Origin: a virus | Taxonomy: Duplodnaviria; Heunggongvirae; Uroviricota; Caudoviricetes | DNA length: 35,093 nt | Reading direction: 5' to 3' (one strand) | IMG/VR virus record: IMGVR_UViG_2529293015_000001 | Shown here: positions 23,020 through 32,311 of the stretch, one piece after another | Layout of the letters: every line of letters starts with the position of its first letter | Position numbering within the stretch: position 1 is the stretch's first letter | Program-made: the position numbers and the translations under genes | Notes under the pieces: generated by a model | The model's input: only the letters and a program-made list of their open reading frames with translations | Databases searched by the model: none | Told to the model about the DNA's origin: nothing

Positions 23020-23345
23020 AAACCTTCCGCTGGAAAGTGAAACCCGGTATGGATGTGGCTTCGGCCCCTTCTGTAAGAAAGGTACGCTTTGGTGATGGCT
23101 GTTCCCAGCGAGCGCCTGCCGGGCTGAATGCCAACCTGAAAACGTACAGCGTGACGCTTTCTGTCCCCCGTGAGGAGGCCACGGTACTGGAGTCGTTTCT
23201 GGAAGAGCACGGGGGCTGGAAAGCCTTTCTGTGGACGCCGCCTTATGAGTGGCGGCAGATAAAGGTGACCTGCGCAAAATGGTCGTCGCGGGTCAGTATG
23301 CTGCGTGTTGAGTTCAGCGCAGAGTTTGAACAGGTGGTGAACTGA
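23016..23345 (+). CDS. M: Tail tip protein M
   Basis: 109 aa, ATGA overlap with H. Confidence 0.85.
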   Translation: MKTFRWKVKPGMDVASAPSVRKVRFGDGCSQRAPAGLNANLKTYSVTLSVPREEATVLESFLEEHGGWKAFLWTPPYEWRQIKVTCAKWSSRVSMLRVEFSAEFEQVVN

Positions 23346-24043
23346 TGCAGGATATCCGGCAGGAAACACTGAATGAATGCACCCGTGCGGAGCAGTCGGC
23401 CAGCGTGGTGCTCTGGGAAATCGATCTGACAGAGGTCGGTGGAGAACGTTATTTTTTCTGTAATGAGCAGAACGAAAAAGGTGAGCCGGTCACCTGGCAG
23501 GGGCGACAGTATCAGCCGTATCCCATTCAGGGGAGTGGTTTTGAACTGAATGGCAAAGGCACCAGTACGCGCCCCACGCTGACGGTTTCTAACCTGTACG
23601 GTATGGTCACCGGGATGGCGGAAGATATGCAGAGTCTGGTCGGCGGAACGGTGGTCCGGCGTAAGGTTTACGCCCGTTTTCTGGATGCGGTGAACTTCGT
23701 CAACGGAAACAGTGACGCCGATCCGGAGCAGGAGGTGATCAGCCGCTGGCGTATTGAGCAGTGCAGCGAACTGAGCGCGGTCAGTGCCTCCTTTGTACTG
23801 TCCACGCCGACGGAAACGGACGGCGCTGTTTTTCCGGGGCGCATCATGCTTGCTAATACCTGCACCTGGACCTATCGCGGTGATGAGTGCGGTTATCACG
23901 GTCCGGCGGTCGCGGATGAATATGACCAGCCGACATCCGAAATCACGAAGGATAAATGCAGCAAATGCCTGAGTGGCTGTAAGTTCCGCAATAATGTCGG
24001 CAACTTTGGCGGCTTCCTTTCCATTAACAAACTTTCGCAGTAA
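23345..24043 (+). CDS. L: Tail tip protein L
   Basis: 232 aa; overlaps M stop; four C-terminal Cys. Confidence 0.85.
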   Translation: MQDIRQETLNECTRAEQSASVVLWEIDLTEVGGERYFFCNEQNEKGEPVTWQGRQYQPYPIQGSGFELNGKGTSTRPTLTVSNLYGMVTGMAEDMQSLVGGTVVRRKVYARFLDAVNFVNGNSDADPEQEVISRWRIEQCSELSAVSASFVLSTPTETDGAVFPGRIMLANTCTWTYRGDECGYHGPAVADEYDQPTSEITKDKCSKCLSGCKFRNNVGNFGGFLSINKLSQ

Positions 24044-24192
24044 ATCCCATGACAGAGACAGAATCAGCGATTCTGGCGCACGCCCGGCGATGTGCGCCAG
24101 CGGAGTCGTGCGGCTTCGTGGTAAGCACGCCGGAGGGGGAAAGATATTTCCCCTGCGTGAATATCTCCGGTGAGCCGGAGGCGTATTTCCGT

Positions 24193-24792
24193 ATGTCGCC
24201 GGAAGACTGGCTGCAGGCAGAAATGCAGGGTGAGATTGTGGCGCTGGTCCACAGCCACCCCGGTGGTCTGCCCTGGCTGAGTGAGGCCGACCGGCGGCTG
24301 CAGGTGCAGAGTGATTTGCCGTGGTGGCTGGTCTGCCGGGGGACGATTCATAAGTTCCGCTGTGTGCCGCATCTCACCGGGCGGCGCTTTGAGCACGGGG
24401 TGACGGACTGTTACACGCTGTTCCGGGATGCTTATCATCTGGCGGGGATTGAGATGCCGGATTTTCATCGCGAGGATGACTGGTGGCGTCACGGTCAGAA
24501 TCTCTATCTGGATAATCTGGAGGCCACAGGGCTGTATCAGGTGCCGTTGTCATCAGCACAACCGGGCGATGTGCTGCTGTGCTGTTTTGGTTCATCGGTG
24601 CCGAATCATGCCGCCATTTACTGTGGTGACGGCGAGCTGCTGCACCATATTCCTGAACAACTGAGCAAACGAGAGAGGTATACCGACAAATGGCAGCGAC
24701 GCACACACTCCCTCTGGCGTCACCGGGCATGGCACGCATCTGCCTTTACGGGGATTTGCAACGATTTGGCCGCCGCATCGACCTTCGTGTGA
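24193..24792 (+). CDS. K: Tail tip assembly protein K (JAMM/MPN plus NlpC/P60-like); lambda-equivalent start, ORF is open from 24049
   Basis: ATG 24193 corresponds to the lambda K start by offset; JAMM motif HSHPGGLPWLSEAD; later Cys/His pair of NlpC/P60 type; 48 in-frame codons upstream. Confidence 0.75.
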   Translation: MSPEDWLQAEMQGEIVALVHSHPGGLPWLSEADRRLQVQSDLPWWLVCRGTIHKFRCVPHLTGRRFEHGVTDCYTLFRDAYHLAGIEMPDFHREDDWWRHGQNLYLDNLEATGLYQVPLSSAQPGDVLLCCFGSSVPNHAAIYCGDGELLHHIPEQLSKRERYTDKWQRRTHSLWRHRAWHASAFTGICNDLAAASTFV

Positions 24793-25361
24793 AAACGGGG
24801 GCTGAAGCTATCCGGGCGCTGGCCACACAGCTCCCGGCGTTTCGTCAGAAACTGAGCGACGGCTGGTATCAGGTACGGATTGCCGGGCGGGATGTCAGCA
24901 CGTCCGGATTAACGGCGCAGTTACATGAGACTCTGCCTGATGGCGCTGTGATTCATATTGTTCCCAGAGTCGCCGGGGCCAAGTCAGGTGGTGTATTCCA
25001 GATTGTCCTGGGAGCTGCCGCCATTGCCGGATCATTCTTTACTGCCGGAGCCACCCTTGCAGCATGGGGGGCAGCCATTGGGGCCGGTGGTATGACCGGC
25101 ATCCTGTTTTCTCTCGGTGCCAGTATGGTGCTCGGTGGTGTGGCGCAGATGCTGGCACCGAAAGCCAGAACTCCCCGTACACAGACAACGGATAACGGCA
25201 AACAGAACACCTATTTTTCCTCACTGGATAACATGGTTGCTCAGGGCAATGTTTTGCCTGTTCTGTACGGTGAAATGCGTGTGGGGTCGCGGGTGGTTTC
25301 TCAGGAGATCAGCACGGCAGACGAAGGGGACGGTGGTCAGGTTGTGGTGATTGGTCGCTGA
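24690..25361 (+). CDS. I: Tail tip protein I
   Basis: 223 aa; overlaps K 3' end as in lambda; Gly/Ala-rich hydrophobic C-terminal part. Confidence 0.85.
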   Translation: MAATHTLPLASPGMARICLYGDLQRFGRRIDLRVKTGAEAIRALATQLPAFRQKLSDGWYQVRIAGRDVSTSGLTAQLHETLPDGAVIHIVPRVAGAKSGGVFQIVLGAAAIAGSFFTAGATLAAWGAAIGAGGMTGILFSLGASMVLGGVAQMLAPKARTPRTQTTDNGKQNTYFSSLDNMVAQGNVLPVLYGEMRVGSRVVSQEISTADEGDGGQVVVIGR

Positions 25362-25379
25362 TGCAAAATGTTTTATGTG

Positions 25380-25400
25380 AAACCGCCTCCGGGCGGTTTT
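25380..25400 (+). terminator. Hairpin plus T run between I and J
   Basis: AAACCGCC-TCCG-GGCGGTTT then T; sits inside a co-transcribed operon so probably only attenuates. Confidence 0.3.
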
Positions 25401-25421
25401 GTCGTTTATGGAGCATGACGA

Positions 25422-28400
25422 ATGGGTAAAGGCAGCAGTAAGGGGCATACCCCGCGCGAAGCGAAGGATAACCTGAAATCCACGCAGCTGCTGAGTGTGA
25501 TCGATGCCATCAGCGAAGGGCCGATTGAAGGTCCGGTGGATGGATTAAAAAGCGTGCTGCTGAACAGTACACCGGTGCTGGACAGTGAGGGGAATACCAA
25601 CATCTCCGGTGTCACGGTGGTGTTCCGGGCAGGTGAGCAGGAGCAGACACCGCCGGAGGGATTTGAATCCTCCGGTTCCGAGACGGTGCTGGGTACGGAA
25701 GTGAAATACGAAACGCCGATCACCCGGACCATCACGTCTGCAAACATCGACCGTCTGCGCTTTACCTTCGGTGTGCAGGCACTGGTGGAAACCACCTCAA
25801 AGGGTGACCGGAATCCGTCGGAAGTCCGCCTGCTGGTTCAGATACAACGTAACGGTGGCTGGGTGACAGAAAAAGACATCACCATTAAGGGCAAAACCAC
25901 GTCGCAGTATCTGGCCTCGGTGGTGGTGGATAACCTGCCGCCGCGACCGTTCAATATCCGGATGCGCAGGATGACACCGGACAGCACCACAGACCAGCTG
26001 CAGAACAAAACGCTCTGGTCGTCATACACCGAAATCATCGATGTGAAACAGTGCTACCCGAACACGGCACTGGTCGGCGTGCAGGTGGATTCGGAGCAGT
26101 TCGGCAGCCAGCAGGTGAGCCGTAATTATCATCTTCGCGGGCGCATTCTGCAGGTGCCGTCGAACTATAACCCGCAGACGCGGCAATACAGCGGTATCTG
26201 GGACGGGACGTTTAAACCGGCATACAGCAACAACATGGCCTGGTGTCTGTGGGATATGCTGACCCATCCGCGCTACGGCATGGGGAAGCGTCTCGGTGCG
26301 GCGGATGTGGACAAATGGGCGCTGTATGTCATCGGCCAGAATTGCGACCAGTCGGTGCCGGATGGCTTTGGTGGCACGGAGCCGCGCATCACCTGTAACG
26401 CTTACCTGACCACGCAGCGCAAGGCGTGGGATGTGCTCAGTGATTTCTGCTCGGCGATGCGCTGTATGCCGGTATGGAACGGGCAGACGCTGACGTTCGT
26501 GCAGGACCGACCGTCGGATAAGGTGTGGACCTATAACCGCAGTAATGTGGTGATGCCGGATGATGGCGCGCCGTTCCGCTACAGCTTCAGCGCCCTGAAG
26601 GACCGCCATAATGCCGTTGAGGTGAACTGGATTGACCCGAATAACGGCTGGGAGACGGCGACAGAGCTTGTTGAAGATACGCAGGCCATTCTCCGTTACG
26701 GTCGTAACGTCACGAAGATGGATGCCTTTGGCTGTACCAGCCGGGGGCAAGCACACCGCGCCGGGCTGTGGCTGATTAAAACGGAGCTGCTGGAAACGCA
26801 GACCGTGGACTTCAGCGTGGGTGCAGAAGGGCTTCGCCATGTACCGGGCGATGTCATTGAAATCTGTGATGATGACTATGCGGGTATCAGCATCGGCGGG
26901 CGCGTGCTGGCGGTGAACAGCCAGACGCGGACACTGACGCTCGACCGTGAAATCACGCTGCCATCCTCCGGCACCACGCTGATAAGCCTGGTTGACGGAC
27001 AGGGGAATCCGGTCAGCGTGGAGGTCCAGTCCGTCACCGACGGCGTGAAGGTGAAAGTGAGCCGGGTTCCTGACGGCGTTGCCGAGTACAGCGTGTGGGG
27101 GCTGAAGCTGCCGACGCTGCGCCAGCGCCTGTTCCGCTGTGTGAGTATCCGTGAGAACGATGACGGCACGTATGCCATCACTGCCGTGCAGCATGTGCCG
27201 GAGAAAGAAGCCATCGTGGATAACGGGGCGCACTTTGACGGCGACCAGAGCGGAACGGTGAATGGCGTTACTCCGCCAGCAGTGCAGCACCTGACCGCAG
27301 AAGTCACCGCAGACAGCGGGGAATACCAGGTGCTGGCGCGCTGGGATACGCCGAAGGTGGTGAAGGGGGTGAGCTTTATGCTTCGCCTGACCGTGGCAGC
27401 GGATGACGGCAGTGAGCGGCTGGTCAGCACGGCCCGGACGACGGAAACCACATACCGCTTCAGGCAACTGGCGCTGGGGCGTTACACGCTGACGGTCCGG
27501 GCGGTAAATGCGTGGGGACAGCAGGGCGATCCGGCATCGGTATCGTTCCGGATTGCCGCACCGGCAGCGCCGTCGCGGATTGAGCTGACGCCGGGCTATT
27601 TTCAGATCACCGCCACGCCGCATCTTGCGGTTTATGATCCGACGGTACAGTTTGAGTTCTGGTTCTCGGAAAAGCGGATTGCGGATATCAGGCAGGTTGA
27701 AGCCAGCGCGCGTTATCTTGGTACGGCGCTGTACTGGATAGCCGCCAGTATCAATATCAAACCGGGCCATGATTATTATTTTTACATTCGCAGTGTGAAC
27801 ACCGTTGGCAAATCGGCATTCGTGGAGGCTGTTGGCCAGCCGAGTGATGATGCATCCGGCTATCTGGATTTTTTCAAAGGCGAGATAGGGAAAACCCATC
27901 TGGCTCAGGAGCTGTGGACGCAGATTGATAACGGTCAGCTTGCGCCTGACCTGGCTGAAATCAGGACGTCCATTACGGATGTCAGCAATGAAGTCACGCA
28001 GACCGTCAATAAGAAACTGGAAGACCAGAGTGCGGCAATTCAGCAGATACAGAAGGTTCAGGTTGATACAAATAATAACCTGAACAGCATGTGGGCTGTG
28101 AAGCTGCAGCAGATGCAGGACGGACGCCTTTATATCGCGGGTATTGGTGCCGGTATTGAGAATACCCCTGACGGCATGCAGAGTCAGGTGCTGCTGGCGG
28201 CGGACAGGATTGCGATGGTTAATCCTGCGAATGGCAACACAAAGCCGATGTTTGTTGGTCAGGGCGATCAGATATTCATGAACGAAGTGTTCCTGAAATA
28301 TCTGACGGCTCCCACCATTACCAGCGGCGGTAATCCTCCGGCATTTTCCCTGACACCGGACGGGCGGCTGACGGCGAAAAATGCCGATATCAGCGGTAAC

Positions 28401-28901
28401 GTGAATGCGAACTCCGGGACGCTCAACAACGTCACGATTAACGAGAACTGCCGGGTTCTGGGAAAACTGTCCGCGAACCAGATTGAAGGCGATCTCGTTA
28501 AAACAGTGGGCAAAGCTTTCCCCCGGGACTCCCGTGCACCGGAGCGGTGGCCATCAGGGACCATTACCGTCAGGATTTATGACGATCAGCCGTTTGACCG
28601 GCAGATTGTTATTCCGGCGGTGGCATTCAGCGGCGCTAAACATGAGAGAGAGCATACTGATATTTACTCCTCATGCCGTCTGATAGTGCGGAAAAACGGT
28701 GCTGAAATTTATAACCGTACCGCGCTGGATAATACGCTGATTTACAGTGGCGTTATTGATATGCCTGCCGGTCACGGTCACATGACACTGGAGTTTTCGG
28801 TGTCAGCATGGCTGGTAAATGGCTGGTATCCCACAGCAAGTATCAGCGATTTGCTGGTTGTTGTGATGAAGAAAGCCACTGCAGGCATCACTATTAGCTG
28901 A
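25422..28901 (+). CDS. J: Central tail fiber / host-specificity protein J
   Basis: 1159 aa (about 27 aa longer than the 1132 aa recalled for lambda J); N-terminal [24 protein letters not shown]... as in lambda. Confidence 0.9.
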   Translation: MGKGSSKGHTPREAKDNLKSTQLLSVIDAISEGPIEGPVDGLKSVLLNSTPVLDSEGNTNISGVTVVFRAGEQEQTPPEGFESSGSETVLGTEVKYETPITRTITSANIDRLRFTFGVQALVETTSKGDRNPSEVRLLVQIQRNGGWVTEKDITIKGKTTSQYLASVVVDNLPPRPFNIRMRRMTPDSTTDQLQNKTLWSSYTEIIDVKQCYPNTALVGVQVDSEQFGSQQVSRNYHLRGRILQVPSNYNPQTRQYSGIWDGTFKPAYSNNMAWCLWDMLTHPRYGMGKRLGAADVDKWALYVIGQNCDQSVPDGFGGTEPRITCNAYLTTQRKAWDVLSDFCSAMRCMPVWNGQTLTFVQDRPSDKVWTYNRSNVVMPDDGAPFRYSFSALKDRHNAVEVNWIDPNNGWETATELVEDTQAILRYGRNVTKMDAFGCTSRGQAHRAGLWLIKTELLETQTVDFSVGAEGLRHVPGDVIEICDDDYAGISIGGRVLAVNSQTRTLTLDREITLPSSGTTLISLVDGQGNPVSVEVQSVTDGVKVKVSRVPDGVAEYSVWGLKLPTLRQRLFRCVSIRENDDGTYAITAVQHVPEKEAIVDNGAHFDGDQSGTVNGVTPPAVQHLTAEVTADSGEYQVLARWDTPKVVKGVSFMLRLTVAADDGSERLVSTARTTETTYRFRQLALGRYTLTVRAVNAWGQQGDPASVSFRIAAPAAPSRIELTPGYFQITATPHLAVYDPTVQFEFWFSEKRIADIRQVEASARYLGTALYWIAASINIKPGHDYYFYIRSVNTVGKSAFVEAVGQPSDDASGYLDFFKGEIGKTHLAQELWTQIDNGQLAPDLAEIRTSITDVSNEVTQTVNKKLEDQSAAIQQIQKVQVDTNNNLNSMWAVKLQQMQDGRLYIAGIGAGIENTPDGMQSQVLLAADRIAMVNPANGNTKPMFVGQGDQIFMNEVFLKYLTAPTITSGGNPPAFSLTPDGRLTAKNADISGNVNANSGTLNNVTINENCRVLGKLSANQIEGDLVKTVGKAFPRDSRAPERWPSGTITVRIYDDQPFDRQIVIPAVAFSGAKHEREHTDIYSSCRLIVRKNGAEIYNRTALDNTLIYSGVIDMPAGHGHMTLEFSVSAWLVNGWYPTASISDLLVVVMKKATAGITIS

Positions 28902-28968
28902 ATTTTATAACCCAGATACGGGCGTCAGAAATGGCGCCTTTTTTATTGCAGAAAAGCGAGAGGTAATT

Positions 28969-29568
28969 ATGCGTAAATTATGTGCTGTTATTCTGTCCGC
29001 AGTAGTCTGGCTGGTTGCCGCTGGTACGCCAGCGAGCGCAGCAGAGCATCAGTCCACACTAAGCGCCGGGTATCTTCAGACCCATACTGATATGCCAGGC
29101 AGCGATGACCTGAAGGGCATTAATGTGAAATACCGTTATGAATTTACGGACACGCTGGGGCTGGTGACGTCATTCAGTTATGCCAATGCCAAAGATGAGC
29201 AAAAAACGCATTACAGCGATACCCGCTGGCATGAAGATTCAGTGCGTAACCGCTGGTTCAGCATGATGGCGGGGCCATCTGTACGCGTGAATGAATGGTT
29301 CAGTGCTTATGCGATGGCAGGTGTGGCTTACAGCCGTGTTTCGACGTTCTCCGGGGATTATCTCCGCGTAACTGACAGCAAGGGGAAAACGCACGATGTG
29401 CTGACCGGAAGTGATGACGATCGCCACAGCAACACGTCTCTGGCGTGGGGAGCTGGCGTGCAGTTTAACCCGACCGAATCCGTGGCCATTGATATTGCTT
29501 ATGAAGGCTCCGGCAGTGGCGACTGGCGCACTGACGGTTTCATCGTGGGTGTCGGTTATAAGTTCTGA
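28969..29568 (+). CDS. lom: Lom outer-membrane protein (Ail/Lom/PagC family)
   Basis: 199 aa; signal peptide ...AAGTPASAAEH; beta-barrel-like alternating pattern; C-terminal ...GVGYKF; SD GAGAGG. Confidence 0.8.
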   Translation: MRKLCAVILSAVVWLVAAGTPASAAEHQSTLSAGYLQTHTDMPGSDDLKGINVKYRYEFTDTLGLVTSFSYANAKDEQKTHYSDTRWHEDSVRNRWFSMMAGPSVRVNEWFSAYAMAGVAYSRVSTFSGDYLRVTDSKGKTHDVLTGSDDDRHSNTSLAWGAGVQFNPTESVAIDIAYEGSGSGDWRTDGFIVGVGYKF

Positions 29569-29594
29569 TTAGCCAGGTAACACAGTGTTATGAC

Positions 29595-29622
29595 AGCCCG
29601 CCGGTTCAGGCGGGCTTTTTTG
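29595..29622 (+). terminator. Intrinsic terminator after lom
   Basis: AGCCCGCC-GGTTCA-GGCGGGCT followed by TTTTTTG. Confidence 0.65.
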
Positions 29623-29632
29623 TGGAGTGGAT

Positions 29633-32026
29633 ATGGCAGCAGTAAAAATCTCAGGTGTGCTGAAAGATGGTGCGGGAAAACCAATACAGAACTGCACTAT
29701 TCAACTGAAGGCAAAGCGTAACAGCACCACGGTACTGGTGAACACGGTGGCCTCTGAAAATCCGGATGAAGCCGGGCGTTACAGCATGGATGTTGAGTAT
29801 GGCCAGTACAGCGTCATCCTGCTGGTTGAAGGTTTTCCGCCTTCACATGCCGGGACCATTACCGTCTATGAAGGCTCCAGACCAGGTACGCTGAATGATT
29901 TTCTCGGTGCCATGACGGAAGATGATGTCATGCCGGAGGCATTGCGTCGTTTTGAGGAAATGGTGGAAGAAGCGGCACGCAACGCTGAAGCCGCCTCTCA
30001 GAGCGCAGCGGCGGCAAAGAAATCAGAAACTGCAGCGGCATCATCGAAGAACGCGGCGAAAACCTCAGAAACGAATGCAGCTAATAGTGCACAGGCGGCA
30101 GCGGCCTCACAGACTGCATCAGCAAACTCCGCGACAGCAGCCAAAAAATCAGAAACCAACGCGAAAAATAGCGAGACAGCCGCAAAGACGAGCGAAACCA
30201 ACGCAAAGTCCAGCCAGACGGCAGCGAAGACCAGCGAAACGAATGCTAAAGCCAGTGAAACTGCGGCAAAAAACAGCCAGGTTGCAGCAGCCCAAAGCGA
30301 GAGCGCGGCAGCCGGTTCTGCGACTTCAGCAGCTGGATCAGCAACTGCTGCGGCTAACAACCAGAAAGCTGCGAAGACGAGTGAAACTAACGCAAAGTCC
30401 AGCCAGACGGCAGCGAAGACCAGCGAAACGAATGCCAAAGCCAGTGAAACTGCGGCGAAAAGCAGTCAGGATGCAGCAGCTGAAAGCGAGAGTGCCGCAG
30501 CCAGTTCTGCAAGTGCGGCGGCTTCTTCTGCCACTGCATCAGCCAACAGTCAAAAAGCTGCAAAAACCAGTGAAACCAACGCAAAGGCGAGCGAGACTGC
30601 GGCGGATAACTCAGCGAAAGCATCGGCAGCAAGCCAGACGGCAGCTAAAGAAAGCGAAGACGCAGCCAGGGAGTACGCAAGCCAGGCTGCGGAGCCGTAT
30701 AAACAAGTTTTGCAGCCGCTTCCAGATGTGTGGATACCGTTTAACGATTCTATGGATATGATCACCGGATTTGCGCCGGGATATAAAAAAATTACTGTTG
30801 GTGCGGATGTTGTCACTATGCCTAGTGACAAGATTGTTAGTTTTACCCGTGCATCAACCGCTACATATATTAATAAATCTGGTAGGCTTAGTGTCGCTGC
30901 AATTGATGAACCACGATTTGAAAAAAATGGTTTATTGATTGAAGGTCAACGAACTAACTATTTTGTTAAATCTAACACCCCCGCCGAATGGACTAGCACA
31001 AGCAATATTGATAAAAGCAATAATGGCGTTGATGAATTTGGTTTTTCATTTGCAAAAATGAAAACTAAGGAAAATATGACGGGTCAATCATCCGCTCTTA
31101 GTTTGCATACATGCAGCGCATCCCGTGGTGTTGATGTTAGTGGTGATAATAAGTTTTGCACTGTTTCTTGTCGTGTTAAGGCTCCTGATGGCCTCCGTTG
31201 CCGTTTACGCTTTGAAAAATACGACGGATCAGCTTACACCTTTTTGGGTGATGCTTATTTGACCTTCGGTAAAACTTTGACGATCAAAAAAACTGGCGGT
31301 GCTGCTAACCGTATAACGGCAAATGCTATTAAAGACCCGGTTACTGGTTGGGTCTTCTATGAAGCAACGATAGAAGCGGTTGAAGGGGAATCCTTGATTG
31401 GCGCAATGATTCAGTATGCGCCGAAAGAGGGTGGGAAGACAGAAGCTGATGATTATATCTATCTTGCCACACCGCAATTCGAAAATGGTAGTTGTGCGTC
31501 ATCTTTTATTATTACTACAACAGCCCCTTCTACCCGCGCTAGTGATATGGTTAATATTCCTATTACCAATAATTTGGGATCTATTCCGTTGAGTTGCTTA
31601 GTTGAGGTGCATCGCAATTGGAATATTTCTCCTAGCTCTGCTCCTCGAATTGTCCACACAATTGGGGTCGCTTCAAATGACGAGCAAATGATTTTGGCGT
31701 TTAGGAATCCAACAAGTGGTAATGTCGAACCGTTGCCATATTGTCAATTCGGCGTTAAACAATCATACACTCCGGTTGAAGTAAAAACTGGTGGTTTGAT
31801 GGTTGCTGGATTTGTTTGTAAATCCAATTATGAATTTAAATGTGTTGTGAATGGTACATTTGCATCAACTCAAACGACAACATGGAATAATCCGGGCGCA
31901 GCGTCACAGATTAGAATGGGTGGATCGTCTGGTGGCGGAGAGCGGCATCTGTTCGGTCATTTAAGAAATCTCCGTCTTTGGCATAAAGCGTTAACTGATG
32001 CACAAATGGGGGAGTCAGTAGAATGA
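29633..32026 (+). CDS. stf: Side tail fiber Stf: lambda-like N-terminal anchor, Ala/Ser/Thr-rich repeat shaft, foreign lectin-like (LamG/concanavalin-like) distal domain
   Basis: First ~120 aa (MAAVKISGVLKDGAGKPIQNCTIQLKAKRNSTT...) match recalled lambda Stf; low-GC C-terminal half from ~30700; C-terminal ...HLRNLRLWHKALTDAQMGE resembles the end of LamG-type jelly rolls; ATG 29633 with GGAG upstream. Confidence 0.8.
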   Translation: MAAVKISGVLKDGAGKPIQNCTIQLKAKRNSTTVLVNTVASENPDEAGRYSMDVEYGQYSVILLVEGFPPSHAGTITVYEGSRPGTLNDFLGAMTEDDVMPEALRRFEEMVEEAARNAEAASQSAAAAKKSETAAASSKNAAKTSETNAANSAQAAAASQTASANSATAAKKSETNAKNSETAAKTSETNAKSSQTAAKTSETNAKASETAAKNSQVAAAQSESAAAGSATSAAGSATAAANNQKAAKTSETNAKSSQTAAKTSETNAKASETAAKSSQDAAAESESAAASSASAAASSATASANSQKAAKTSETNAKASETAADNSAKASAASQTAAKESEDAAREYASQAAEPYKQVLQPLPDVWIPFNDSMDMITGFAPGYKKITVGADVVTMPSDKIVSFTRASTATYINKSGRLSVAAIDEPRFEKNGLLIEGQRTNYFVKSNTPAEWTSTSNIDKSNNGVDEFGFSFAKMKTKENMTGQSSALSLHTCSASRGVDVSGDNKFCTVSCRVKAPDGLRCRLRFEKYDGSAYTFLGDAYLTFGKTLTIKKTGGAANRITANAIKDPVTGWVFYEATIEAVEGESLIGAMIQYAPKEGGKTEADDYIYLATPQFENGSCASSFIITTTAPSTRASDMVNIPITNNLGSIPLSCLVEVHRNWNISPSSAPRIVHTIGVASNDEQMILAFRNPTSGNVEPLPYCQFGVKQSYTPVEVKTGGLMVAGFVCKSNYEFKCVVNGTFASTQTTTWNNPGAASQIRMGGSSGGGERHLFGHLRNLRLWHKALTDAQMGESVE
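30182..30630 (+). repeat. In-frame tandem repeats of 189 bp (63 aa) in the stf shaft, about 2.4 copies plus degenerate copies upstream
   Basis: Units starting 30182, 30371, 30560 are near-identical (GC[AG]AAGAC[CG]AG[CT]GAAAC...); encode AAKTSETNAKSSQTAAKTSETNAKASETAAK... Confidence 0.85.
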
Positions 32027-32301
32027 AAGATTTTACGCTGAAGTTTCGAGATCGGGAAGACTATAAAGCATTCTTGAATGAAATTAATTGGGAAGATAAC
32101 GAAGTATTGCAAGATCAACTCCTGATTGATGAAATTGGATTCGCTTTCGATGAAGTCGGCAGAAATGCCGACGACGAACCAATTTATCAACGACGCGACG
32201 GTTATTTTGTAAATATTAGAATCTTAGATGAAAAACTGGACGCATCACCATTTACCGGAAATGTAGTGATTCTTGATGCTCCTCTTCGTGAATGGGCTTG
32301 A
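32023..32301 (+). CDS. Hypothetical 92-aa acidic protein, translationally coupled to stf
   Basis: ATG overlaps stf stop (GAATGA); AT-rich; no family recognised; sits where a Tfa chaperone would normally follow stf. Confidence 0.4.
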   Translation: MKDFTLKFRDREDYKAFLNEINWEDNEVLQDQLLIDEIGFAFDEVGRNADDEPIYQRRDGYFVNIRILDEKLDASPFTGNVVILDAPLREWA

Positions 32302-32311
32302 GGGGTAATAT

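Noticed and set aside
26022-27899. 625-aa ORF on the minus strand inside J
   Set aside because: Lies entirely antisense to a well-supported J gene in GC-rich DNA; Arg/Pro/His-rich composition typical of a non-coding reverse frame; no RBS.
28918-28945. Possible terminator between J and lom
   Set aside because: Only a 4-5 bp stem with a 10-nt loop before the T run; too weak to call, although a T-tract is present.
29922-30761. 279-aa Arg/Gln/Lys-rich ORF in an alternate frame over the stf repeat region, with minus-strand ORFs 29998-30438 and 30550-30831
   Set aside because: Alternate-frame readings of the tandem Ala/Ser/Thr repeat DNA; periodic low-complexity sequence; the stf frame is continuous and homologous to lambda Stf at its N-terminus.
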